NCBI GenBank assembly: GCA_964187785.1 | Contig: OZ076409.1 | Coordinates: 52,392,001-52,456,000 of the forward strand | DNA: 64,000 bases | Source of the DNA: Amphiscolops sp. MND2022 | Taxonomy: Eukaryota | Direction: 5' to 3' | Part shown: piece after piece, positions 22,428 to 34,530 of the stretch | Position numbering within the stretch: the first letter of the stretch is position 1 | Layout: the number at the start of each line of letters is the position of its first letter | Notes under the pieces: model-generated | Seen by the model: only the letters and a program-made list of their open reading frames with translations | What the model was told of the DNA's origin: nothing | Databases searched by the model: none | Translations under genes and position numbers: made by a program

Positions 22428-25400
22428 TTAAGGTTTAGTAGAACCTCCTCGCAACTCTTTCACAGTTTTGGCAACTTCGGCAGCAGGAATCACACTCTCA
22501 GGGGCCAGCGTAACTGTTTTCCCTGGGGAACGGAAAGATGTCCCAGCCCCCTCACTGACTAAAGAGGAAGAACGGCTGCGAACAACTTTAACGGGACTGA
22601 CATCATGACCTTGAGTCTGGTAAGCTGACATCAGAGCCTTGTAAAACTTGCTCTGCCCAAAAATGTCAACGTGGGACCATGGGTCCCCGGGCACATTCCC
22701 AGAATCAAAACGGGTTTCAAGCTCGTGAAATTTATTCAGGGCAGATTCAGACACGCAAGAAACCACTGAGTTCGGACCGGTAGCCAAATAAGACTGAGCA
22801 GGCAATAATACACTTGATAATCGGCAATTGGGGTCGGATGAATCGGCTCCTTCAAAACGAATAGTCGGCAAGTTAGGACTGCTCTCGGTCAAACATAAAC
22901 AGCCCAATCTAAACAGATGGAATAGTCGTGGCCTGCCCCGGAAAGATGGCAAGGAAACGAGTAAGTCGACAATGTCGGGGACAGGGTCAGCCATCCTGAG
23001 ATGCCCATGAGAGTTGCGAAATTGATCAAGGAATTCGACATATTCCTCACGATGATCAGCCTCGTCGGCCTCCTGGACCCATCCACGCAGTTGGAAGCTG
23101 TAATATAATGCCCGGAAACAGAACAAGGCTTGATCCATAGGCTGTGACAGTAGGACGTTGGGGTCGAAACTAGCCATCCCTCGAACTATGCCAGCAGTGA
23201 CCCGGATGTCCTTCAACAAAGAGTCAAGGACGAACCCGACATAACGACGGGCCTGGGTTGCGAAAGAGTCTCTCACAGTTTCTGTGAGACTTTCAATGAC
23301 AGAGCTCAAGTTCTTCCGTCCTGCATTGTCCTTCTTGGCCTTAGAACGCGATGCTTCTTCCAAATCGAATTTTAAATTAAGTCGGGAAAGGAAATCTCGG
23401 CAAGACAGTTCCCGGCAGTCACTTAGAGAGAGCTGCAGAAGTCCAGACCAGTCACTGTCCGCAGGAGTGTGCTTGGGAAGGATGGAGCGGCCACACAGCT
23501 TGCGGAGGAACCGACACAATTCGCCAAATGTAAAGAAGCCGGAATCTCGCCGTTTAGTCAAACTATGACTGAAGCACTTGGTGTCTAAACAAAACAAACA
23601 AGGATCTGAATGAAATAAAATGGAAAGAGATAGGCGACAGGACGGATTCAACTCTAATCTTGCAAAATTAATGCGCAGTTAAGAAACTATGAAACGGAAA
23701 AGAGTGGGACTTTTTAGTCATCAGAATTACTTACAATCACGAACTAAACGTCCAAAGAATTCCAACTTGGCTGGGTACAGTTCATCCGACATGATCGTCC
23801 ACTCAAGACTCTGCGGCTATAACAAAAGGGCACAGCATAAATAAGACCTCAAACTGCCTCTACTCAAGAAATTGCATGTATTACGATATAATGAATCTCA
23901 AGATCATGAAAGTCGATATACTAACCATATCCTTCACTCCCTGCATGGCGTTTTTGGGGCTATTTTGGTAAGGAAGTCCAGAACCAGGCTCCAATTGAGA
24001 ATAAGTTCGGAGCAAATCGCAGGAATTTTCTGAATCTCAAAACTGCTAGCGTCAATAGCCTACAATACAAATCCTAGGATGACTACCAGCTTACTTTCCC
24101 AAAGCAGAAAATAATGGAGAAAACATACCCTGGTAAGTTCAGGAGCATCCACGGTCCAGGACTGGATCAAGATTCAACTAAGGGTGACGATGAGAAATTT
24201 CAACTGGGAGAAGATGTCGACTGTCCCGAAAACATTGGTATCTGACTGATGCATGATAGAGGAGAGGGAGAAAGCATCGAATCGGAATGGATACTGGACG
24301 TTGTAAGTGAATTCCTCACTGTCATCAATAGCCTGAACCACGGAAACAGAGCAACCGGACACACTCACTAACTTGGGCTTCGTGGAAGTAATTGACAAAA
24401 GTCGCGAAATCCCAGAGAAGTAACTAGTGGGAACTCCGTGGGCTAAAGGGCAACGATATATTTGGACCCTCACCAGACTGTCATCCTTCCAGAAACGGAC
24501 GGACATCATCCGGCTTCGTCCGGAAATCTCGAATTCCAGAGAGTACATGTCACTGGACGTAATTTGGTGGGAGATATCTTCGATCCCACAGATGAAGATG
24601 TGGTGGAAAATTGCCTAAATGGGAAAAGACTGAAACTTACGGAATTACGTGACTTCACTGTACAGATTATGACTCTCAACTTACCGTTAGTTTAGCGGAC
24701 CCCCAGTCGAAAGGCAGGAAAGCTTCCTGGTAATTCATGTGGATCCCGACCTGAGTCCAGAGGGCCTGGAGCATCCTGATATCTCCAGAGAAGGGGACCA
24801 TTGTTCCGATCAAAGCGATTTGGGTGCAATCCCTAGAGTCTCCAGTGGTTTGTCTCCCTTCTTGTCGAGCAAGGTATTCCTCGTAAAAGGGGAACTCTTC
24901 TCCTATGTCGACCAATTGGGCATTTTCGAAGAAGGGTTCTCTTTTTCCAATTCTAGTGGAGTAAGGAGCAATCCGTTTCTTCCTCGGACTTGGTGGGTCA
25001 CTACCTTGGTAATCTCATTCACCTTTTTGAGGTAGGTAAAACGCCAAAGCTGGTCCTTCCTCAAATGGGACTCTGATTGATAGTGACGGATGATCTCTCT
25101 AGCGCCCTTGGAGTAGATTGAGACATTGCTCTTACAGATTCTGCAGTAAAATTTGTACTGGTTGTGGGCAGGGTCCAATGGTCCAGTCACAAAGATTTTA
25201 GTCCAACGGATGCCTTTGAAATACGCTTCCTTCATCACTTTTCCTGGGCGTCCAGCTAGCCTTCTCCGTTTGCGGGGAGGACCCTTTGGAGCAGATTTAC
25301 TTGTGGTAGTTGCCCTGAGACTTGACAGAGGGGCATAGTCGCCTAGGCTATATCCACTTCCGGGGCTAAGAGGGACCTCAAGGAGAGCTTCCTTATCAGC

Positions 25401-26429
25401 GTTCAGCGCTTCTGAAACCGTGTTGACGCTAGGTCCAGCTTCCTTGTCATCGATACAAAAGGACAAGCTACCCGGTTCATCGTCGGTGTTGATAGCTCCA
25501 CTGGTGTAACCTTCATTTGGAGAGTCAATGTCAGTAGTCTCATATTCGGAACTGCTTGGCTCTTGTCTACCAGAGGCTGTGAAACTGCTCATGTGCCTGC
25601 ATCGTTCCTTACTCAAAATTTTGCCTGAAGTAGCTTGCAGCAAGAGTGACTTCATTAAGTGGAACGAAGACAATATAGTCTCATCAGACATGGTCTTGAG
25701 GACGGTGTGCATTTGTCCCTCTGTGAGTGCAATCACGGGCTGGTTACGTGGAAGGACTATGGGGTCCTTGGAAGCAAAATGTTTCCGCAATAGTGTTCGT
25801 CCACTTGCGGACAGTTGCCGCGGAGGCTGTTCTCGGCCCTGACTAGTTCCGGGCAAATCTTCATTGGACTCGTCGCAACTTGTGGAATCGGTTCTCGGTC
25901 GAGGAACCTTAATGAGTGTGGGGGTGCTCTTGGCTTGCGGGGTAACTGGTCCTCCAACTCCAGAACTATCCAGGAGATCCTCGACATCGGTGGTGTCAGT
26001 GAAATATTTGTCTGGGTCAAGTGTGCGTTGTTTAGATGAGCGACTAATCTCCCCCACTCGGCAACTTTCCACATGGGTCGTTGTGGCGTCACCTGCACCA
26101 TCGCGTGGAATGATAGACGTGGCTGCTCGTGGGGTAATGGAGATTTCTTCGGACATTGAAGCTTTAGCCTGTTCGGCCTTTTCTTGTTTTTGTGCTAATG
26201 GAGGAAGCAGGGAAGCAATCCCAGGAGTATCTCGGGCAATGATAGCTTCGACAGTTCTTTCTGCATAAGTAGAGAGACTCTCTTCAGTAGCCTCAGTGGA
26301 AGTAGACAGCCCTGAAGGAGGTCTGGTTTCGATTGGTTGAGTGTTAGCAGGCGTTTCCTGGCGTTGGAAATCTTCGTTAGCACGTCCTTCGAGTACAACG
26401 TTCACCGGGTTAGGGTTTTGAGTCGTCAT
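22428..26429 (-). pseudogene. Spliced antisense gene for a ~1200-aa BED-finger, hAT-transposase-like protein (2 frameshifts and 1 stop in this copy)
   Basis: Exons 26429-24685, 24614-24129, 24059-23926, 23816-23735 and 23584-22428, joined by GT-AG introns of 70, 69, 109 and 150 bp. Zinc finger FYCRICKSNVSIYSKGAREIIRHYQSESH. Lesions at ~24940, 24174 and ~23965. Confidence 0.7.
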
Positions 26430-27631
26430 TCCTAAATAAAAGGAAATGAAGTCAAGCGGGAACCTTCCTGAATATGAATCCATTTACCGCATTTAAAAAT
26501 CTTCCGGAAGTTAATATTTCGAACATGCGTGGAAACACGTGTTATTGGACAGGAAGTACTGAAGTGTGAATAGAGCCCTGATCAAGCCCATCACAGTTCA
26601 AATCTAAAGAAAACTACTTATATGAAATCGGTGACGCGGAGACTCGATAGTAACAACAGGAGTCGGCCAGAGAGGGATTGTAAAAAGCTGCTGAAGGGGA
26701 GACAGGATGTCGATTTTCCGCAGTGATCCAGAAGAATCCACACGGATGAGGACGAGTGGACACTGAGTCCGGGGATGAAGCCGGAATATAATGAGATGAA
26801 AAATTAAATAGAAGTGACTTAAAGACTAACTATCGACTAAATTAGAAATGGATAAATACGATGATGGTTAAATACTGGATAATAGAAGAACAAAATGTGG
26901 AATTGAAAGTAAAGAATTGAAAAGATGAATAGGCGATGTGACAAGATGTCAAGATTGGAGTTCGTGGCTATACACTTTGGTGTCAAATTCATTGCTATTT
27001 ACAACTTATGGCATTATGTGGATAGAGTCTGCCAGCGATATCTACATTTTCCTTATTTATTTCGAAAACTTTGTTATTTCGCAAAATTATTTCATGATTT
27101 TATTTTATTTCATTCTACTTTATTTTGTTTTCAAGGTCATATTATTTTATTCCTTATAAGGATTTACAACCTTGGATCGCCATTTTATCAATGGAATCAT
27201 ATTTACGAAATCTGGTTGGCTACCACCAGGAAGGTGAGACAGCGTGGCCTCCGACCGAATTCTCACCCTCTTAAAACTTTCAAGTGGACTATGAGTGTTA
27301 ATAAACACTCATCTCGGTGCTTAAGAAGTGAAGGTGGTGATGAGGGCCATGAGTGTCAATAATGCCGCTGTTGGCAATTTCAAAGTGATTATAATAACTA
27401 GTTAAAAGAAAGTTACCCGGGAAATTTTGTTATTGAAAAATAACTCGAAAACGAAAAGGGAAAACCCGGGGAATAGCAAACCGAGAGGCAACAAGACTCA
27501 GCGGACTGATAAGAGAAACGATCGCCATTATTAATCTTTCAATCAATCAGATCAGTCGCTCTAGAAAAGCCACCTCGACTTGAAACTCTTACATTATCAA
27601 AATTGCCAAGAAAATATTAAAAACCAGATCC

Positions 27632-28453
27632 ATGTCTGATTTTCCTGAATTGTTCCCTATGGACTTCCCGGGTGCTGCTCAATCTGAGAGGGTTCCTGCA
27701 ATAATTTATATCTCAAGTGATGAAGACGAGAGAATGGACTCCTTCGACGGAGACTCGGTGGATGATGTTAACGTTTCATCTGAAGAAGAAGTGTCAGACA
27801 TCGAAATTATGGCGAGATGTGTAGAAAGACAAATGACTGAACCCATTGCTATTCCTGACTCTGAAAAATCTGAGGCTCAAGTTAGGTGTGGAACGCCCAG
27901 GCCGGACTTACCGCCCTTCCCCGTCTTCACTCAACAATTTTTCAACCTGGGTATGGGCAATGGGCCTATTGGGAGAGACGACCGTGTAAGACCTAACCAC
28001 CCTATCAATATCTGCAGGGACTTACGACCTAACGTAGATAGTCCAATGTCACCACCGCCAGAAGACAGAGGGCCGAATTGTGGACAAGAAACACCAGGCT
28101 GTTCCTACTCTACGGATCCTACCCCGGTTGAAAGCGTGGCTAACCACTTCAATGACATGACAGTGTCTGGGAACGCTGGCTTGCTGGGCTGCTCAGACTG
28201 TGTGGTCTGCAGGAAACCAGTCCAGCAAATACAAGACGAGACAGTCAACGACTACCTCAGCAAAACAGTTGTCCCAGGAGAAACACTGGCTGAGACTGAG
28301 AGAAGAAAGAGAGCTTTCCTGGACGGCATGGCAGCTGGGACATTTTTATTAATGCCAGGGGGAGTGTCGCAGACGGCCGCCTGCGATGGAAATTGGTATA
28401 CAATTGCATATGGATACTGCAGGGCTTTACCCGGAACAATCCCATTAGATTGA
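27632..28453 (+). CDS. 273-aa acidic hypothetical protein with SIM-like motif and CxxCxxC
   Basis: Intact ATG-TGA ORF. IIYISSDEDE (hydrophobic core plus acidic tract); CSDCVVC. Confidence 0.7.
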   Translation: MSDFPELFPMDFPGAAQSERVPAIIYISSDEDERMDSFDGDSVDDVNVSSEEEVSDIEIMARCVERQMTEPIAIPDSEKSEAQVRCGTPRPDLPPFPVFTQQFFNLGMGNGPIGRDDRVRPNHPINICRDLRPNVDSPMSPPPEDRGPNCGQETPGCSYSTDPTPVESVANHFNDMTVSGNAGLLGCSDCVVCRKPVQQIQDETVNDYLSKTVVPGETLAETERRKRAFLDGMAAGTFLLMPGGVSQTAACDGNWYTIAYGYCRALPGTIPLD

Positions 28454-28556
28454 GAAGGCAGAGAGATTTGAGCCAGGAAGTCCGAAGAAACTATTATTAG
28501 AACTTTTGTGATGAAAACTGGGATGAAAAACTTTGTGATATATAAATATATATATA

Positions 28557-28821
28557 TATAAGGTTTGTTGCTATTTTTTATACATTTTTTGACCCAGCAA
28601 CCGTCACAGTAAAAAAAGCGAAAAAATGAGAAACTCTCATTGATTTGTTTACGAACAAGACGCACCGTTGAGCACCGCGATATTTTAGGCTAAAATATCG
28701 CGGTGCTCAACGGTGCGTCTTGTTCGTAAACAAATCAATGAGAGTTTCTCATTTTTTCGCTTTTTTTACTGTGACGGTTGCTGGGTCAAAAAATGTATAA
28801 AAAATAGCAACAAACCTTATA
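28557..28821. repeat. Perfect 265-bp palindrome (132-bp arms, 1-nt loop), probably a foldback MITE at a TA tract
   Basis: 28557-28688 is the reverse complement of 28690-28821; the left end abuts (TA)n. Confidence 0.92.
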
Positions 28822-28902
28822 ATAAGCGTTGTGAAAGTCACTTTGAAACCATGTCTCCAAGACAAAGAATTGAACTGGTTGGAAAAATCGTAGCATAACG
28901 AG

Positions 28903-29214
28903 ATGAATGATAATAATCAAACAATTTTTCAATTGACAACCTTCTTGATTATGAGCTTTCACTTCATACTCAAACTCAATGCAATTGTTTTAGAAATGGA
29001 GATCGACTGTGACTCGGAGTCTTTCACCTTCACTTTAATTGGTTCATCGGCAAGCGAGATTTCCAATTTGCAGTCTTGCTACGCCGAATCGGTCAAGGGA
29101 ACGAAAGAAATCAGCCTCAAAGGTCGAACATTCTCCATCGACAACCATTGCTACAGAAACTGTTACTCACTTGAGCCCCAGACTATCTTTTTTAATCATG
29201 AAGGTTGGATATAA
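28903..29214 (+). CDS. Small hypothetical ORF (103 aa), possibly element-borne
   Basis: Open frame only; no recognised motif. Confidence 0.3.
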   Translation: MNDNNQTIFQLTTFLIMSFHFILKLNAIVLEMEIDCDSESFTFTLIGSSASEISNLQSCYAESVKGTKEISLKGRTFSIDNHCYRNCYSLEPQTIFFNHEGWI

Positions 29215-30502
29215 GCTCATTATACTTTTTTTCAGCACTGCAGTATAATTCTACAAGATTCACCACCGGAAGCTTACCGAATTTCCTGCTTTATAGACAA
29301 AATTGCCTGCATGCAGAGGCCTGCAGCAAGTAAAAACTTCCAACAGTCTCGACTTTGTATACAGGCTCAAAATCACTCAAAAGTTAAGAGGCTCAAATTA
29401 ACTTCAAAACATGAAATTATATGATCAATGTGACTTCAAGCAATTTCATGAATATCTCGAGCAGAACTGAGATGAATAAGTAACAAGAGGCGCAGTGGCA
29501 CAATGCGTCTTTAGATAAAATCCAACCCTTTAAAACCTCATTGTTCGAAAAAGAGTAACGGAATAATCTCAACTGAAAATACCTCTACAGATCTGAAAAC
29601 CAAATCATGTTCTAAAAACATTTTGTTCTAAAATGGTATTGTCATAATGAGTTTTTCACCAGTTTTTCACGTCAGTAATTTGGTGTTATAAGAGTCCAAT
29701 TTGAAAATCAATTTTGTGAATGTTGGTGTCCTTGGTAAAAAGGCAAAATTTTTGAACATATTTTCGAGAACAATTATTGAAAAACCTGTCATCAGCCTCA
29801 CAGCACCGACAATTTACCTATAAAAGCATTACTGAGAGTCGGAAAGCGCATTTCCTTAACTGAAAACAGCAAAAAACCCAAATTTCAGGGGAAAATTTTT
29901 CTCGAACTTTAGTTGAAAATTATTTTGGAAAAAAAGTTGCACAGTGGTGCAAAACCAAATATGGTTCGCTAAACCATTTGTTCTTTTCAAATTCGAAACC
30001 ACGTTCACCTTCCCAGCCCCACTCGCCACGCGAAGAAGCACGCATTAACCTCTAGGCTAAGCGGAAAGTTAGGACACAAGGTTGATAACCTTCAAAAACA
30101 TGTAGAAATACAATGGAAATTTCATACAACGTTGTGGAAATACAATACTCTGAAATTAATACTTAAATGTATTGAAAAGATTTTTTTTCATTGGAACAAA
30201 ACGGAAGATAAGCGATAGCCGAAGGTAATCGCTAGCTCTACTCTGCTTTGCTTGAATCAAGAAATATTTGGTGGTGAAAAGTTCAAACCGTTCCTATTAC
30301 GTCTCGTTTGGAATGGGGCAAGCTGCCGGGGTTGCTTACGCCTTGTGGTTGCAATTACGAAACGATGTTCAGTAACAAATAAAAAATCATAAAGGTGTTC
30401 ACCGTAAAAAATGCACAAACAACAAAAATATTCCTAGACTTTTTCATCGCTTGGAGTGATCATTTTCGTAATGTCCATATAATAATGTTGGGTGTGTTTC
30501 AG

Positions 30503-30602
30503 AGTTGCTGCTGATGATAGTTGGAATACTTTTGGGCAGCATCCTCATTCTCTCAATTTCTTCTGTTCTCCTTTGGTTCATCCGAAGAAAAAAGCGTCTT
30601 GC
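30503..30602 (+). CDS. Transmembrane-helix exon, probably of the LTD-repeat gene
   Basis: gtttcag acceptor, gttagt donor. Translates (E)LLLMIVGILLGSILILSISSVLLWFIRRKKRL: hydrophobic helix plus basic stop-transfer. Phase 1 fits the exon ending at 14665; intervening exons are possible. Confidence 0.7.
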
Positions 30603-30854
30603 GTTAGTTATTAAGTTTATAATAATCTATCCCTCCCCACAGGCGTTTCCCTTTTAGTCCATATATGTCATTATAATGACAGAACATGAAAAATTGGAAA
30701 TTTCAGCGCGTAAGTGGTTACTTTCAGATAATTTCACTGTGATCGCATTCAATGACCTTTAGAAGATTACGCAATGATATAACCATCAAGATATCATAAG
30801 TTGTGGAAAAAATCAACATGTTTTGATTGGGTGATTCAATTTCACTAGTTTTAG

Positions 30855-31014
30855 TCGCCTGGGGTACAAAATCCAGAGAAATGACATCAGCGTCACAAGT
30901 TTCCAGGCAATTGTGGCAACAACTTCACACCTTTCGGACCAACAAGTTTTCACAATTGAACAGCCCAAAATGCCATCGACACAGTCGCAAACGACTGATC
31001 AGCTGAACGATTAA
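30855..31014 (+). CDS. Terminal exon (cytoplasmic tail) of the membrane protein
   Basis: ttttag acceptor, phase 2 compatible with the TM exon, open to TAA at 31012-31014. Confidence 0.6.
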
Positions 31015-32263
31015 CCCTCAATTAGGTATATCAGCAACTGGGAAAATTATAAATTCTTTTTCGTATATAAATTATACTGAACAAACTAGAGATGATAATT
31101 TTTAGAATAACCTGCATTTTATGTAATACCTGCAGAAGATAGTAGTTAGTCGCTTATTCCATTAACTGAGGCGGATCAACCTGCAGAATGGGAATATCGC
31201 CTGGGACTGGCATCAATCGCCGCAAGTCTTCTTTTGTCTCCAGGGTGAATTATGTCCCGTAAGGCCGTGTGAATACTTACCGACCGGTCCCAGTCTTTGC
31301 CATAAGTAACGGGCATCGTTCTGCAGTTCTAAGGACTACCGCTCAAACAGCTCATAAAAGCTGAACCAAGAACACGGTAATAAATAGCAATCACATGCCC
31401 AGTGCAACGTCAAAGGTCGGATTATAATTTTTCACAAACTTCTGCAACATGTTCCAATCGCATCGTTGACTGTATATTAGAGGGTGACGTTACAACTGAT
31501 TGCGTGTTGCTGTCTGGATAGCCTAAGCATCCACTCAGTTCTTTATAGTGCTCCTTTAGGGGCATGTTACACCCGGTTCGTACTTTGCACTCATTTTACA
31601 AACGAGTTACATTTTTTCCAGTTGTTTGTTATTTGTTTTTTTCCTATTTCAGAAGCGAAAACGCACAAGCAAGTTCTATGGCTTCTCTATTGGAATGACT
31701 TCGGTCACCAAGACCACTTTTGGCAACCAAATTTGTGAGCGCGCGCTGAAATTGGTACAATGCTTTCCCATGAATCCGCTTGCTCAAAAAAGTATGGATT
31801 GGTTCATTCCGAGGCTGCGTCTTTTTCCAATGTTTCATCGCAACTTTGTGTATTTTAATAAAATGAGCGCTACTGTTACAGTGGCAAGTTTTCTTTGTCA
31901 GATAACAGAATGTATACGTAGAGGACACTTTTTACAGAAACTAATAAACTACTGAACAGGCCACCAAGAATGCATCCCCGTTTCATTCATTTCATTTTTA
32001 ACGTAACATACAATTTTTTTTCAATACTATCCGAGTTTTTAACGTTATACTCTACGTAAGTTGCGTTCCACAAAAGAAGAGGTTTTAATGTTTTTTTTTA
32101 CAATTTTTAAAGGCTATATCCGAACTATATTGCGTTTACCGAGGAGGATGCGGAGGTTCGGAAAAAGCGCTTCCATGTGGCCAAGCACGCAATATTCTAA
32201 TTTTTGAAGCGTTTTCCGAGCACGAAAGACACCTTTTGGGTGTTTTGACACTTTTGTTGTGAG

Positions 32264-32826
32264 TTTTTAGGAGTCGGAAAAAATTTTCGGCTACTTATGC
32301 ATTCGTGTCGTTTTTTCTTTCGTTTTTTCTTCCGACATTTCAAAGAAAAGTTCGAATTTCTCATAAACAGTCTCAAAATTTTGCAGTCATTCTAGACCCT
32401 TAGGGGTCCGTGCGTGCGCAATGGCATCAAAATCGTATGATTGGGATGTGAGAAACGTAGCCAAAATTAGCCCAAAAATTGCTAAAAGACAGCAATTTTT
32501 CGACTTTTTTGATTTTCTCAAAAACTCTCCATACGATTCAAACGAAATTTTCTACAGTCATTCTACGTCATATTAGAGTCCTATATGTGCAATGGCATCA
32601 AAATCGTATGGCTGGGATGTGAGAAACAAAGCCAAAAATAGTTCAAAAATTACCAAAAAACGGCCAAAAACTGTCCATACGATTCCAACGAAATTTCGTA
32701 CAGTCATTCTACACCATATTATGGTCCTATGTGTGTAATTTCATCAAATTCGTATGACTAGGATTGGAGCGAGTCAGAAGGAAAAAGATCTAAGCCGACT
32801 CCTTTACCGCATATGCGGCTCTGGTT
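32264..32826 (+). mobile_element. HINE family B with internal tandem repeats
   Basis: Subterminal AGGAGTCGG / CCGACTCCT, 3' hairpin CCGCATATGCGG. Three copies of a CAGTCATTCTA...CATCAAAATCGTATG unit. Confidence 0.75.
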
Positions 32827-34530
32827 CATAAAAAAGTCCTGAGCATATTTTTAAAACTTTGCGCTTTTGAGCCTTAAGCATAGAGCCGATTTTAGTTCCC
32901 GCTTTGTTATTAAATAAAGCTTGATTTTGTCCAGAAGAAACTTCCAGCCAGTTGCTCTCAAAAATCGAAAAAGAACCTTCTGCTTTCCCCTGAGCTGCTT
33001 CTTCAATTAATAAATCGTTCATTACAGCTACCACTTTGGGTCTCCAGTTGGTCTCACGATTTTCAATTTTTCACTGATATCTTCGCATTAAAAACGTCAA
33101 AACACATCTGCCATTTTGTTCAGGGAGATGGCTTTGAACTCGATTCATTTTCAACACTCATTTTTTACTCCTTCGAAGTCTGAAAATCAGTTTCCCGGTC
33201 GGGCCAAAATTAAAATGCAGCTGCATTTTGATTTTGACCCGACATGAAATTTGATTTCCAGCCTTCGAATGAGTTTATCATATTTTGGAATGAGTTTTTT
33301 TGAGAGTTTAGTGCTAAGCATCGCTGAAGATTGTTACCAAAACTTTTTTCTTTAGCAATCATCAAAAATCTCTGGATCAAATTTTTTTCATCCACAGTTA
33401 AGTGATTGACACAGTTTCTTACAATCAGAAGGTCTTACAATGCATTAGGTTATTGACCACTTTCTCAATGGCTCGCAAAAAATTCAAAAGCAATAGCTTA
33501 AACATTCATAAATATAGGTGCTTTCAGAATATTAAAAGTAATTATTAGTTTGTGAAAACAGATGAAATATAATATTGAAGTTGATTATTGTTTGGATGAT
33601 AGAATTCAAGCTGATTCAAGGAAGCTGCCAGCTTTTTCTAACGAATTACTTTTCACGATATTCGCTCGGCCTGTGCTTTTCAAGAGGAATTTGATGACAC
33701 TTTCGGCGAACTTCATAAGGGCACCCGATTTCAGATCGTAACTGGTTCTCTCTTTGTAATACTTGTTCAAACTTTCTTCAATTCTGAAACAAGAAAGTTC
33801 ATGTAACAATTCGAAACATCTTTTAAAATGATTCACTTTCGAATCTTGGAAGTGCTATTTTCACACCAAACATATGCAATCTTCTTAGAGCCAAAAATTG
33901 GCGTTGCATTTGTATGATCAGTTTAGTTTGTTCCATAAGTTTTCAAGTCTGACACTCGGAAAAGGATTCAATCAAGAATTGAAAAACTACTTAGAAAAAG
34001 TCAACAAATACATATTGAAGGTTATGTTATTCAATGTTGAAAAACACTTCTCTAAGCATTTATTCTTCGATGTCATGTGCTAAATATGCATAATTTTTCT
34101 CACGACCGTCGCAAAAACACGTATTCACTGAAATTTTTGAGCGGAATTGCTTTCCGCTTGACTGCGTGAAAACTGTCCAGGTATGCAAATTTTTGACAAA
34201 CTCCAAGGATTTTGTTTTTACTACATTTTTTTCGAATTTTATGATTTATGCAGATTTCAAACAACTGATTGTATGATGGATTTTATTCACTGCGGTTTTT
34301 GATCCTTGAGTAATTGTTGATCGTTGTGCATCCTACTCAGATTTTGTTTTACGGCCCCAGAAGACGAAAGTTTTTAAGGATGCGAAGAGTTGAAGAAATT
34401 AAACAGGCGCCCTTTTCGCTTGTCTGGATTATTGGGTGGCGTTCAATTGTGCAAGTCTCGTTAAAAAATGTTCGCCCACAAAGTGTGAAAAAATCAACTG
34501 GTAAAAACTTAATCATCTTTGATAACTAAC

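Larger units (their letters stand above)
15051..29480 (+). mobile_element. Large Ty3/Gypsy retrotransposon block with extra genes; boundaries approximate, no second LTR found
   Basis: LTR-like leader (TATAAATA at 15268, AATAAA at 15348), gag, then pol in PR-RT-RH-IN order, then contiguous, more GC-rich cargo ORFs. All lie inside one intron (14666-30502) of the host gene. Confidence 0.7.

Noticed and set aside
28252..28898. Twin ORFs starting MRLVRKQINES on both strands
   Set aside because: A consequence of the perfect palindrome.
29200..30100. 3' LTR of the Gypsy element
   Set aside because: No copy of 15051-15962 and no polypurine tract is visible; the element end is unresolved.
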